From: Stylophora pistillata
Taxonomy: Eukaryota
Length of the DNA: 64,000 nucleotides
Assembly (NCBI RefSeq): GCF_002571385.2
Contig: NW_019218071.1
Location: forward strand, 62,001-126,000
Reading direction: 5' to 3'
Part shown: piece after piece, positions 46,101 through 59,357 of the stretch
How the letters are laid out: the number at the start of each line of letters is the position of its first letter
How positions within the stretch are numbered: position 1 is the stretch's first letter
The notes under the pieces: model-generated
What the model saw: the letters and a program-made list of their open reading frames with translations, nothing else
What the model was told of the DNA's origin: nothing
Database searches by the model: none
Position numbers and translations under genes: made by a program

Positions 46101-49100
46101 TGAAAAACATGTCGAATCTTGTCATTAGAACGGATCGAAGGTAATGATGAAGTGATTTGATAATCAAACAATCGTTTTTTAAACTCACTCGAGTACGGCT
46201 GTAACAGCCTTAAGTGGAAGAACTCTAATGCAGATCGTTTTAACCTGAACTTCTTTACTATTTTTGGACAGCTCTTTACTGCTCCGTAACTGATAAAGGT
46301 GAAAAATTTCAGAAGTTTAACATTAGCGGTTTTCAAAACTTTCAAGCGATGACGACAAGTCTCTTAAATGGACGGGGGTAAGGGGAGGGCGGCCTAAAGG
46401 AAAGGAAAAGATAAATACTTTGTATTTAGTCTATGTCAACCAAAGCGAGGATGGGGCTTGCCGTCATAATTACCCTGCGCTTAATTATTAATCTGCTGAC
46501 AAGAGCTTATAGGTGAATCTACTTTGTGCTTTCAATTTACAGGATTTTAGCAAATTACATGGTTTGGCATCTCATCAAGCCCCTAATCGGGGAATTGTCC
46601 AAACCGTTTCGTGATGCTTCGCTGGAATTGTTAAAAGTTGAGAAAGGAGTGGAGACCGGGGCTCCACCTTGGAAGAGCTGTGTCACAAAGACTAACTCGG
46701 TCATGGGGTTTGCTACAGGATACTTGTACATTAAGGAAAGATCAGGAAAAAATGCGAAGAAACAGGTAGAGGATATACTCATCTATTAACATTTCGAGTC
46801 GTCCGTGCAACGTCGGAAAATTCCGTGCTTTTTAATAAAGTTTTTTTCCTTCCCATCCTATGTCATTTTTCACCCATTTAGACTGTGGAGAAATTCTCAA
46901 CTGAGTATCGAGATAAATCCGCGATTTCATTAGCTTTAGCCTCCTTCGCATTGTGACTGGTCAGGAAACTAAAACTAGCTACGTCTTCAATTGATCACTC
47001 GCGTTTTCTGCGCTTCATGCGATCAACTGCGCTTCAACGGCACTTCAACCGCACTTCAACTGCGCATCAACCGGATTCTTCTCGTCACTAGAGCTTGACC
47101 ACATCATGATATCTTCCCTTGCTTTGAACGGCCCCTGTGATATTCTCGGTTTTGTTCAGGTCACCCAGTTGAAAAGCGCTCTAGCTGAAGGTCGGAGATC
47201 CGATATCATGTGTAAATCACTTTAATTTAGACAATTATGGAATCTTTCAGCAGTAAGGTTGGGATATGATTTAATTTTTATCTCCTTGTTTTGCCTCAAA
47301 TAGGCGGAAGAAATGATAACTGAGATCAAAGGGGCTTTTAAAGCAAATTTACCCCATGTGAAGTGGATGGACGAAGAAACGAGAGAGAAGGCTTTAAACA
47401 AGGTAAAGTTGGATGTGTCAGAGCTCAAGATGCTACGAGTGTGACGTTCGAGGAACATTTTGATTTGCACTCACGAGTTAAAAATGTTTAACGTGTTCAG
47501 TTTCCTCTAAATGTCTAAAGCACAATAAACTCTGACATACTTTTTATTGCTAATTGCAGCATGACAGGACGGAAAACGCGTGCACTGTAAGTACCTCCCG
47601 TTGCCTCATACAAAGCCTTAGAAAACTTTTCTAAGGCTTTGTATGAGACAACTTGAGGTAGTTACGGTGCACGTGTTTTCCGTCCTGTCATGTTTAACAC
47701 ACTCGTTCAACAAATCGTCTCGAAAAATCAGTTACACAATCAACGCGCTTCATTTGCCCACGAGTTGCATATCGTTGAGCCTGATCCAGGCATTCAGTTA
47801 GCAGAACGGAGCGAATAGTGGCGGGAGAGCGAAAACGAGGGAGGCTTGGGTCGAATGACGTAAAAAATTAGGTGACTTGACCCAAACCTCTCTCGTTTTT
47901 TCACTCCTTCGCTGCTATCATGCTGTCAAGTGATTTACTTCTAACTGTACGGCAGGAACAGATTGCATATCCGTGACTAACGATAAAATGATTCTACTGC
48001 CATGTTCACTTCTTTTTCAGATTACGGCAACTTTCGACATGATCGGTTACCCAAAATGGATAGAAGATCCAGAAAAACTCGACGAATACTACGAAAATGT
48101 ATGTTTTGATATTAAAAGTTAGCATTTTAAAGGAACCTTACCTCATCGAAGGATATTAGGTTTGGCTGCATTTGAGGTGGGGTTGATCAATTCAACTTGT
48201 GATATTCATTAAAATGTGCATTTTTTTTCCAGCTCACAATAGATTCCGAAAAAAGCTTCGAGAATTATCTAGAGGCCAGACGATTTTTCCACAATAAGTC
48301 CATAAACAGACGACGAAAGCCAGTGGACAGGCGAGAGTTAGTGAAACTTTTCCTATGATTCTACCTTTGACATCATGGAGCGTTTTTCATTTTCGTTTAC
48401 AACCACACACATTTAGGCCTTTCACTTTACTCCAGCTATTACGGAATAGATAGCGAATATGGTGTCCAATCATATTGCAGCAATCATGATGAAACACTAA
48501 TTTGTGATATTGTTGCTTTTGTCAGATGGCATATGACTCCTGCCGACGTCAACGCTTACTATAACTCGCCAAACAATTACATAGGTAAGAAATCTTCAAA
48601 TTTGGCTTTTTTGTTGCTGACTAAACGTTTGCCTGGTTTGGGTAAATGCTTTGATATTTTCATCCTTCATTTCTGAGTTATGTTATTTTTCTTAACAGCT
48701 TTCCCATCAGGAATTCTTCAACCTCCATTCTTTGATCCGCAATTTCCACAGTAAGTTCTGTAGATCTTCTTCGTAGCATTTTGATTTCTATGGCGATGAG
48801 ATAATCGTCAGATAAGCTTTCCTTGAGCTTGCACACCGATTCCTTTGCATATTTTAGGCCATTGGCATTTATCTCTGTACGATATCTTACGAGAAGACAG
48901 GAACGAGTAAGACTGTAATCGGGTGGTCAGCACTGTAGGACATTATTCTCGAGTTTGTTTCCATTACAAAGTAAAATAGAAGATTTCACACTGAATATTT
49001 TTCATAGCCAATCTCGCAAGAAAAAAAAAGTGTTCGTAACCGTTTTTTTTTTATTCCTTGACCATGGGGGTGACTTTTGGTTCCACTCATTCTTACTTGC

Positions 49101-51790
49101 TTCCGGCAAGTTGTTTTGTACAAGTTGTGCGGTATGATCAGAAAGTGTTAACGTCCAACATTCTTTATCGCGGCGTAGGTCAGTTAATTATGGCGCAGTT
49201 GGAGTGGTAATGGGACATGAACTCACCCATGGATTCGACGATCGTGGTAAGTTTGTACGATAACCAAAACAGTCCTAGGGACACATTTAATAAGTAAACA
49301 CTTTCCTTACCATCAACTGAGGCCATGTCTAAACTCATAAATTGCATTGACTTCAGTGAAGATTCAAACTTCTATTACATGGCTTTGATGAAAATCATCT
49401 GAAATTATAGCGTGCGAGCGCAAGAGAGAGGGAAGTTGGTGTGCCTTTTATTTTCCTCCCACGGTTTAAGGAAAATGTTGTTTTTGCCAAGAAAAGGGAA
49501 TAATTTCGATATGACACCACGATAGCTTACAACGATAAACAGCTTGACATGGGGATTTATTATCACTTTTTTTCTTCTTTTCTTCTTAAAGTACGCTATG
49601 AGTTTATGATGTTATTTATCAATCAAACCATATTGCTCGCAGGTCGGATGTTTGATGAACATGGTAATCTGGCCAGCTGGTGGAACAACCAATCAGTGAA
49701 AGCCTTTCAAGAACACGCCTCATGTATGGTGAAACAATATGGCAACTTCACTGTTGCTGGAAAGAACGTAAGATTGTCATTTTTTCCTCTTATGTTTCTC
49801 TGTTATGTGGGAAAGTGCATGAAAGATTTATGTTTTAAAAGATAGCAACGAGTGAAAATTTTAATACATACTTGCATACAGCATCTTAAATTCTAATTTT
49901 ATATGACCTTATCCTTTTTCCTTGCCGCAGGTCAATGGAAAGCAAACACTTGGCGAGAATATAGCAGACAACGGAGGGCTCAAGCTTTCCTACACAGTAA
50001 GTTTGTTCCTCTGCATGGCTGAGCGGTGTTAGTTAGATAAAATACAGCAGGTTATGCATGAGCGTAATTTTCTCAATGCATATGCACAGTTATTGTTGCT
50101 TGGTCGAACACTGGAGATTTTATCCGGAATTTCTTCAAAATATAGGTAAAATCTTCTCAACAAAATTACCTTATGATGCTTCGAACCTTGAATGATTCAG
50201 AGGTCTTGCATCAATTCCTTCGCAGGTAGCCCAAGCTCGCACAAAGAGCCTCCGTTAAAATGCAAAGTAGTGTGTACGTTGCACAGTGGGCGAGATATAA
50301 GGATTTGTATGGGACTAAAACAGTCGCTCTCTCGGCCTAAAAATCTAACTAGTTTTTAATAGAAAAAAACAAAACACACAAACCTACCTCGCATAGGAGG
50401 TTTTTCCTTAAGTGATCGAGCCTTCTGGCCTGATTTAGGGCCGCTTAGCTTGGTGTTACTTCATCTGCTTTGCCCTCTATATTGGGATTGGGCTCGGGTT
50501 CCGATACGTCCATGCCAATTCCTCTTTTGTCGAAATGTTCTTGTTGATTCATTTGTAGGCTTACCAGAACTGGGTCGCGAAAAAAGGCAGAGAACTGAAT
50601 CTACCTGGCTTAAATTTCACTCCGGAGCAATTGTTTTTCCTTGGATTTGCTCAGGTAAACTAAAGGTTATCTCTCGGCTGGATTTCGAATCTGAAATTAT
50701 TATCAATGAAAACTTAATTTTTGAATTGATTAAAAGAGTGTAAGTCTAAATTTCACATTACAAGCTATACAGTTATCGAGCTTTGGAAGTAATATTATCA
50801 ATCATGTTGAAGTAAACTTGGCAAATTTCGGGCCTATTTCTGATATATGTGTTTCATACATGTGAACGTTAATATCAACTTTCCGTTTTAACTCTTCATT
50901 CCGGCCAGGTATGGTGTTCAGCAAGTTCAGACGGGCGGGCCCAGCATGCTTTGCTGACTGATGTACACAGTCCTGAGAAAGTGAGGTGAGTTATGGATAA
51001 ATGAGTCTCCGGGACAGTAAGTGTTTCTATCCCAGAGAACCGCTGAAATCCCTGGATGAAACGGCATTTCTTGAATTAAGACTTTAACATTGATTATCAC
51101 ACAATAAGTAAATGTAATAAAACTGCGTGGAGTCCAATTCGGTCTGTAATTATACGATTCATAACAAAAATTTGTTTATCACGGGTATGTTTACAGACTG
51201 AATTGGACGACGCGAAGTCTTATGACCGATTAATCAAGATTACAATTTCCGAGAAAAGAAGAAAATCCAAGCAATGAAAGAAAAGAAAAATTTGCATTAA
51301 AAGACTGACAATGATTTAGATAAACTACTTTGAATGTGATTGGCTGATGAACCGTAGTACCCGATAACAAACTTTATGATAACAACTTGGCAAGTGAATA
51401 AGTGGAAAATAGGAGTTTTATAATCCATTCATAATCAAAAAAATTGTAATTTTTATGATTAGTGCATGATATCGAACTTTTTATACTTGATTTTGAGTGA
51501 GAATCTTTGAGCAAGCAAGAGATAGGTATCCGGCATTAACGTGCGAATAAATGAATATCAAGTGGAAGGCCTTTTACAGGAATAACCCTTCTAACTGTAT
51601 GTTTCAATGCCTCTTCACGCATATAGCAGTGACACAGTTGACTGCAATAAATATTGAGAATAATCTAACCGTTATGACATTATTTTGTAGGGTTCTAGCA
51701 GCAGTTTCCAACTCAAAGGAGTTTGCAGAGGCTTTTAATTGTCCTGTCAATAGTTCTATGAATCCGATAAACAAGTGTCATGTCTGGTGA
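43158..51790 (+). CDS. Endothelin-converting enzyme / neprilysin-like M13 metallopeptidase (type II membrane)
   Basis: Exon 1 43158-43976 (TM helix; [22 protein letters not shown]). Further exons at about 44699-44761, 45086-45289, 46016-46140, 46543-46764, 47304-47402, 48021-48098, 48233-48336, 48526-48583 (VNAYY), 48700-48750 ([11 protein letters not shown]), 49180-49246 ([10 protein letters not shown]), 49643-49767, 49931-49996 (GENIADNGG), 50559-50654, 50909-50985 (HSP), 51691-51790 ([18 protein letters not shown]). Confidence 0.95.
44150..44420 (-). mobile_element. SINE with CORE-like segment
   Basis: Minus strand GGTTCGAG-like B-box region followed by gtgttcttgggcgagacactttactttcacagtgcctctc (MIR/CORE-like); a degenerate relative lies near 33290-33390. 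Confidence 0.55.
47560..47692. repeat. 133-bp near-perfect palindrome in an intron of the M13 gene
   Basis: catgacaggacggaaaac...tacaaagccttagaaaa-c-ttttctaaggctttgta...gttttccgtcctgtcatg. Confidence 0.9.
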
Positions 51791-52196
51791 TGCTTTAAAT
51801 TAAATGGCAATCAGGTTAAGAAGTCAATAGCAGTACAGCAATTCACAATTTCGCTGGTGACGTCGAATCACAGGTGCTGTGGTCCAAGGGTTCCACTAGT
51901 CCTTTGAAGAAGGACTTGCGGAAAGTAAACGGTCCTTGCTCCCACTTCCAAACACGTCTCGCGCTCATTGCCTTTCTGATTATTTTCCATGAGGCCACCG
52001 ATTCTCCAAATTCTGATCCCTCTTTAGACGGAGAGATGGCATATCAAGACTTGTTTTAAGACCCGACCTCCAGAATCGATTCAGATTTCAGACCTGTCGA
52101 ATTAAAGAAAATTTTGCCTGTAACATATATCTAGCTTATTTCCCATTCTCTCGGTGGCGGCACACACCGAGAAAGCTAAAGTAGGAAAGACCTCCC

Positions 52197-52859
52197 NNNN
52201 NNNNNNNNNNNNNNNNNNNNNNNNNNNNNNNNNNNNNNNNNNNNNNNNNNNNNNNNNNNNNNNNNNNNNNNNNNNNNNNNNNNNNNNNNNNNNNNNNNNN
52301 NNNNNNNNNNNNNNNNNNNNNNNNNNNNNNNNNNNNNNNNNNNNNNNNNNNNNNNNNNNNNNNNNNNNNNNNNNNNNNNNNNNNNNNNNNNNNNNNNNNN
52401 NNNNNNNNNNNNNNNNNNNNNNNNNNNNNNNNNNNNNNNNNNNNNNNNNNNNNNNNNNNNNNNNNNNNNNNNNNNNNNNNNNNNNNNNNNNNNNNNNNNN
52501 NNNNNNNNNNNNNNNNNNNNNNNNNNNNNNNNNNNNNNNNNNNNNNNNNNNNNNNNNNNNNNNNNNNNNNNNNNNNNNNNNNNNNNNNNNNNNNNNNNNN
52601 NNNNNNNNNNNNNNNNNNNNNNNNNNNNNNNNNNNNNNNNNNNNNNNNNNNNNNNNNNNNNNNNNNNNNNNNNNNNNNNNNNNNNNNNNNNNNNNNNNNN
52701 NNNNNNNNNNNNNNNNNNNNNNNNNNNNNNNNNNNNNNNNNNNNNNNNNNNNNNNNNNNNNNNNNNNNNNNNNNNNNNNNNNNNNNNNNNNNNNNNNNNN
52801 NNNNNNNNNNNNNNNNNNNNNNNNNNNNNNNNNNNNNNNNNNNNNNNNNNNNNNNNNNN
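52197..52859. other. Assembly gap (N)
   Basis: Run of N. Confidence 1.
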
Positions 52860-53114
52860 GGCTATTCCTTGTATTACTACTGTTATTATAGATTTTAAAC
52901 TTATGAAACCAGGACTCTAACAAGGGCGATGGAGCCTGTTAGCTGATTGATTTTTAATTCGTGAAACGCAGTGAGTTACAAACTACACCCTAATAACATC
53001 CCTACATTTGAATCAATAAAACTTACGGAAAAAAGGTCACAAAAGCTTGCGAGATCTTTGAGGGAGGTAATACTTCTCTCGTATCGACTTAAAAGACAGG
53101 TAAAATATTAATGC

Positions 53115-53395
53115 ACATTTCGGTTGAGTGTTGTCGAACCACTGAAACCAAAGTAATCACAACTACTAATCGGAAGAAAAGAAAAATTCCTTTAAAAGCC
53201 AATGAGAACTCAAAATGAAAACAAGATGCAAAATGCCTAAACCGCGGGAAAACACCTGCGACCCCGTCGTCATTAGTTTTAAATTCACATCTGATTGGTT
53301 GAGAGAGAGTCACCAGTCTTTTTGGACCAATCAGAGAGCGAATTGAAGCAAAAACAAAGCAACGCCAGATTACTTTCAATACTCAATTGAAAATT
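53115..53395. repeat. Dispersed MITE-like repeat
   Basis: ttgagtgttgtcgaacc..ctgattggttgagagag..accaatcagagagcgaa..actcaattgaaaatt; degenerate inverted relative at about 46890-47185. Confidence 0.5.
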
Positions 53396-56300
53396 TTGCA
53401 TTTTAGATTCTTTACACATAATACTTTGTCATCGTGTCCTATGATACTAGCATTTGCATTAAGTCTTCTGTAAAAGCTGATATTTACAAATGTGCTGTTC
53501 CCTTGTTATTTGGATTGTAGGGAAATCAAAGTATGACAAACGGGCAATTAATCACGTAGTAACATCTTTTGATTTTGTAATTTTCAACTTGCCTGTGCGT
53601 ATTATAACGTAATTTATTTACGCTTACCAGAGCTGACAACATTTGATGAATCCAACACTAACCATAATATAAATCTATATCAATACGAAAAATATTATCA
53701 TTTGAGTTCATGCTACATTATCAGGACTGATCAAATAAAAATTGCGTTTAATTTTGTATGTTATTTTAAATACTACACTGTTGTTAATCTGAGGACATTG
53801 GATACGGCTTATCTTACCAAATCACTCCCATGCAAAATGTAAAGCGATGCAATGCTGCTAGTGGAATACACCGACAACAAAAAAAGGATCGAATTAATAT
53901 ACTGACAAACTCAATACTAATTCTGTCTGAGGTTAACCCTTTTCAAGAGATCTCTACCCTCACGACTCCTCACATATGAGGTTCACTGAGTTTTATTTTT
54001 TTTGAAAGAGTCTTTATCATCTTTAATGAGAGACGGAAAATAATCCTGTGAATGGAAAAAAGGGCAAGGCAAATATGAGACACAGCGGGACCCATATTTA
54101 GCGGACGCCCTGTGTCAAAAAGCGGGTATGAAATTGATATCAACATAATCCGATCGTAATGTGCCGATAGGAGGAAAAATCAGGTACGATACACATAAAA
54201 GGTACTTTATGTGAACAATATTTGAAGTGTCGATGTTGTCCCTTCACAGTTTGCTATAACGGGTGGGTGGACGAATAATCACCAAAAGAAAGCCCTTTTG
54301 TGAAAAAAAAAAAAAAATCTGTACGTCATATGGTTTTCTATAAATGTTAATCTTTTTTTGAGAAACTGTCAAGTTCAAATAGTGATAGTTGCGTTGTAAC
54401 ACCAGCAGAACATCAAAGAGGCAGGTTGGAGCACATTCTACAAGCGAAACACACCCTCCGTTGCAAACCGCAACTGAATAAATTTGCTTTTGGTAACACA
54501 CCGAAACAGAACTTGAACGAAAAGATGTAAGATCGCAGAAGCTATTCGAAAACAATAAGCACTTTCTATATTAGATTAGGCACTGAAACGGGAGACGGGC
54601 GAATTACGTAAATAAATCATGTGTCAGGTATGAAATTTGACCACATTCGTCAACAGTCAATAAAATTTACATTAAGTTGGACACGTTGGTAGGATCCGGA
54701 ATAATAAACGCTTAGCAAATTAGGTTCGTGAAATCAAACTCAAAGAGTTAACAAAGATATTACACCTTATAAGCCGGTTACAAAATTCGCCAAAGTTGCG
54801 AAAAAACCCATGTTAGTCAAAAACGAAAATGGAACTGAGCATTGAGACCGAACAAACTTCTTTCTCCCCTCAAGATCCTAATTAACAAATGGTAAACACC
54901 ACAGCGTACACTAATGAGTTATGGATGCACGCGAAAGGATTGTAAACAGGGAGAAAAAGAGAAACCTCTGGAGCCAGGGTAGCTGTAAGTATCATCTTGG
55001 CTTGGTCCAGTCGCTTGCGATATTACCGCACGTCATCGAGATTTGATCAGTTTGAAGTAAAGAGCGTTGACTCATTTTTAAAACGGGTTTTTAGATTTCC
55101 TGGTGTTTATTCTCCTAACTTTGACACATTTTACCACCTCGTAATTAGGCTCAATTCTTTGGTTCAAGGATGTGCTTTAATTTCACTTTAGATCATGAAT
55201 AATTCTAAGCAAAGGTGTTCGCCTTGCACTGATTTGTTATTCGCCACGGTTCTTACTTTAACGTTTTATTGATGCTCTGTCACGTTTTATCTTTTGCTTA
55301 AGATTCTGAATTATTTATAATCTTATTTCAAATCGACCACAATTAAGTATTCAAACCTTCGAGAAGGGAAGATTTTCAAATTTGTATGAATAAAACCACC
55401 AATTTTAATTTGATAGCCTCGGGCAAAATTTGGTATGTCTGAGGTAAAATTTACGAAATAAGTTCACATTAGCTTTGTTATGTTTATGTTTTTTCTTTTC
55501 ATTCGATTCTAAAACGTTGATCTTTGTATCCTTTTCGTTTAAATTTGCGTTGAATTTCACGTTGAAAATCGAAGTGACCGCGTTGTTTCCTTCAATTTTA
55601 TTTGATATTCAACTTATGTCAATATCCACGAACCAATTCCCAAGGGGCTTGTGTAATCAGCACTTAAAATAAAGCTTTTAAAAACAGATGTTTGCAGCCT
55701 TCACCTTAACCAATAGCAAGACACACAAGAATGTAAGCGCTTTCAAATAAATCTGCAAAATGAGTTAAATTATGGTTGATTCAATAAATTTCTGTTGCCG
55801 ATTTAGTCACATTATTAAGACATGGTTTGTGTCTGACTAGAAAATGAAGGCCAGATACTTTTCTCTCCCGCTGAAAACTTTCTCTCAAATACATTTTCCT
55901 TTCAGTTCCGCAAGCGTTTTCAAATCAGCCTCACAAATTATATTCACTTATCAATTTTAATTTGACAGTTTTAAATTGCTGTTGGTTCGGAACGTTTCAC
56001 AGGCCGCAATGTATATACATAATGAGTCAACGTGTTGTCTCAGGGATTAAAATTTTCGTCGCGAGCTGTCAAAGTCAGATTTTACCAACAATCAATAGAG
56101 ACTAACAAGCAACGTAAATTTCCAGCCTTGGCGTCCTTTTACTTACTGATGGCTTTCTCTTGCAAATTTATGCCGGTGGTGAGTCAAAACATCCTTGCTA
56201 TTATTGAAGACTAATCTAATGTAACGTGCTCTTCGAGTGAAAACGGTAGTTTCGATCCAGGAGAGAGAAAAAGAACTTTTATGGTGTTGTGCTAAGCCAC

Positions 56301-57844
56301 ACAACATGCAAATAATGACATTCATGGACAGGAAGATGAAACTCAGGTGTTACCGATTGGCTAAAAATTAAATGTACGGATAGAATTATTTTTCTTCGGC
56401 CAGTTTGTATCACAAATTGTAACTCGACCTGATCTGTTTGCAATTTGGAATTTTTTCCTAAAACGTTAACTGGATTGAAAACGAAAGCCGGATTCTTTAT
56501 TTCAGCATGGACTTTAAAGGATTCGTGAGGCAAAATAGTTGTTTATTCTATTGGCATTGAATATCAAGTACAACATCAGATCGGAACAAGCATCTGATAT
56601 TTAAACCTTTTCATACCTTCGGCTATGTTAGATGTATTTACTTAGAGGGTACGGAAACTAGGTTATCTAACGATTACCCATGAATTCACTCGTAGAGGGT
56701 GTTGTCAAAAAGTAAATTAAAATGAATTCTCCGGCATGTTGAGACGGGAACGGATGAGAGGAGTGTGAAAAACGAAAAGATAAAGTTGTGGTTTTCGCAT
56801 AGGAGGCAGAATTTTTAGTTTGTAATTTCGTGCTGTATGCTTTTTGAGAAGATTTCTCGAATTTGTGTTAAGGAAACACTAGAGTACAGAGCATTCTCCA
56901 AGAGAGGAAATGCTTTACTTACTGAGGCGACGAAGTTCCCCTTTTAGCAAAAGATCTCACGCTGACAGGTGGACCTTCCATTAATGAATAATCGCACTAA
57001 ATCTTCAATGAATGCCGTGGAACGAGGCTCAAAAGATTGCAGAACCTAAAAGGGTTGCCTTCCAACGTACACAATTTTCTTTAGTACCTTTGTCGCGGTT
57101 TAGTTATGGCTGAGCAGTCGTTGATAAGAGTTTATTTTTTTTTTAATAAAAAATCTCCGCGCATATTTTTGAGACTTAATTGTCCCTTTTCCAAACGAAA
57201 GCGTCCCCAAGTTGGGCGAGAGTCATGTGAATCAAGAGTGAATAACACGGAATCAAAGTATTAACAGATTACAGCAAAAGGTTGAACGGTCGGCAAAGAG
57301 ATATTTTAATTATCGAAAAAAATTACAAAGACGTTTGTCACGGCTTAATGCCATATCGACGATAGCAGTGTTCAAGAAAATATCTTGATATTCTTTTGCA
57401 ACGGCTTTATCTCGAGGAATATTTCTGTAAAAAAAAAACCTTTTCGAATTTTTTGGTTGCTTCCAACTCTTTCATCGTGATCAATTCCTAAAATTGATAT
57501 TTAAGTTTTAGGATATTGCATGTTGGTAAAGAATGTCCGAAGTGAAAGAAACGTGACACATTTGACCTTTACCAAAAGAGGAAGACAGTGAGTATTATAA
57601 AATAACTGAGATAGTGTAAGCGCTATCATTGGTCAAAACATTTCGTTTAGTGCAGCGGTAAACCCCAAAAATGGAAGTTCATTTCATATAAGCAATTGAC
57701 CGTACTTTCTACTTGATTTACTAACGTAATAAATCACTTGAGATGTGTGGAGAACACTCGAAAAGCTTATGAATCACAAGTCGGAGGCAGTCAATAGCCG
57801 GTAAATATCAAGTAAGACAATGAAATATTTGTATTCCTTCCCAG

Positions 57845-58312
57845 CAGTGTTTTGGCACCAATCGTGGCAGCAGAGAGAAATATGATTCCACGCAATGTTC
57901 GGTTAGCGGAGACGGCTTATCCCTGGCAATGGTTGGAGAACCGGCAAAGTTCATCCTACGAACTTCGGGTCCGGATCTTCTTTACTTAGAGCTCCAAATT
58001 ACCCGAATCGTGAATAAAGGGAGTGAAACTTCGATTTACTTCTCAGAGCCAATTCCTGTCGAATACGAATGCTTGGGAGAAAATATTCACAGCGTGTGCT
58101 ACTACCCAAAAGAAGTAGGAGAATACCACGTGGCTGTCACATGGAAGGGAAGTCACGTGACAGGAAGTCCATTTGCTGTCAAGGTCGTTAAAAAAGTGAC
58201 TTTCCCGGATATGGATGACTTCAAAACAGAAGAACAAGATAACAAGGATGAGGTGTGGAAACTTAGAGACGACATCAAGTCATCAAGACGACAAAGGGAT
58301 AATGGGGTTTAA
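57845..58312 (+). CDS. Terminal exon encoding one filamin/ABP280-type Ig repeat plus a charged tail; upstream exons not identified
   Basis: Acceptor ttccttcccagcag; YDSTQCSVSGDGLSLAMVGEPAKFILRT...HSVCYYPKEVGEYHVAVTWKGSHVTGSPFAVKV matches the filamin repeat consensus. Confidence 0.75.
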   Translation, partial: QCFGTNRGSREKYDSTQCSVSGDGLSLAMVGEPAKFILRTSGPDLLYLELQITRIVNKGSETSIYFSEPIPVEYECLGENIHSVCYYPKEVGEYHVAVTWKGSHVTGSPFAVKVVKKVTFPDMDDFKTEEQDNKDEVWKLRDDIKSSRRQRDNGV

Positions 58313-59357
58313 GATGTGTGGTACGGGTTTAAATTTACTGGTTTACTGAAGTAAGGAGAGACAAATCCCTACTGTGGAGCAGGTTTAAGAGAATGAAAAC
58401 AGTCAACATGTTATAGCTTTGAATCTGGTAGCAAGGAAAACGAAAAGAATCAGGATAAAAAGATGAAATTTGTTGTTTTCAGCTGTAGCCGGATTACAGA
58501 AACTCATTAGCATGGTCACGAAGTAGGCAATTTTATCATCTGGTTTCTCGGCAAGATAACTTATGAGAATACGTACAAAAAAATAGGGCATTAAATCATC
58601 GATATTTGTGCAGTTATGAATGAGTCTAGTTATCTGGGTCTGACCTTCCTTACTTTCACCCCCAGGCCTCTTGCTCACTTTCCTTGACTTCCTTTTCCCT
58701 CCCCACATATATCTATATCTATATCCGAAAAACAAAATTCAGAATTTGACTTAAGAGAGCTGAGTGATATTTATGGATTGCTGTTTTGCATCAAAGAAAA
58801 CAAGGTGTTCAGAACATTTTTTGAAGGTAAAGTTCATTGCCAAGAAGGTTTGCTAGTAGAACAGCTTCAAAAATAAACTCCTTTTCAAAGTTCAGTCCTT
58901 TCTTGTTATTCGTTACTTATTGTTGACAGCTGCAGGAAAGATGTTTGGATTCAAAATGAAAAAGTGACGAGTTTTCAGACGTACCTTTTACAACAGGCGT
59001 ACAGCTGCAAAGCTGGGCGGGAAGGGTTTTCTTGTAAGAAAAATATGCGACACATTAAAATTGTACCTTTCTCAGTACCTTGACGTAACATTTGCTTTTT
59101 TCACCTTAGTGTCAAGGTATTCCCCGGCGATACCGGCTACTGGAGTTCAGAATATTCAAACTTTTTTTATTCAGATTCAAAGTAATCGGCACTCTCCAAA
59201 AGATTGCTAGTTTCTCCTATTAAAAATGGACCATCCAAGCAAATGCAATGTTTTAACAGATGCTGGTTAATGATAGATATATTTAAAATCTGGATACTAG
59301 TCTAAACTGGTGTATTGAAACTGAAACTCGACGACCTTAAGTTCCAGTTCCCTCTGG

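Noticed and set aside
52102-52923. Long ORFs across N runs (also 20257-20616)
   Set aside because: Artefacts of assembly gaps.
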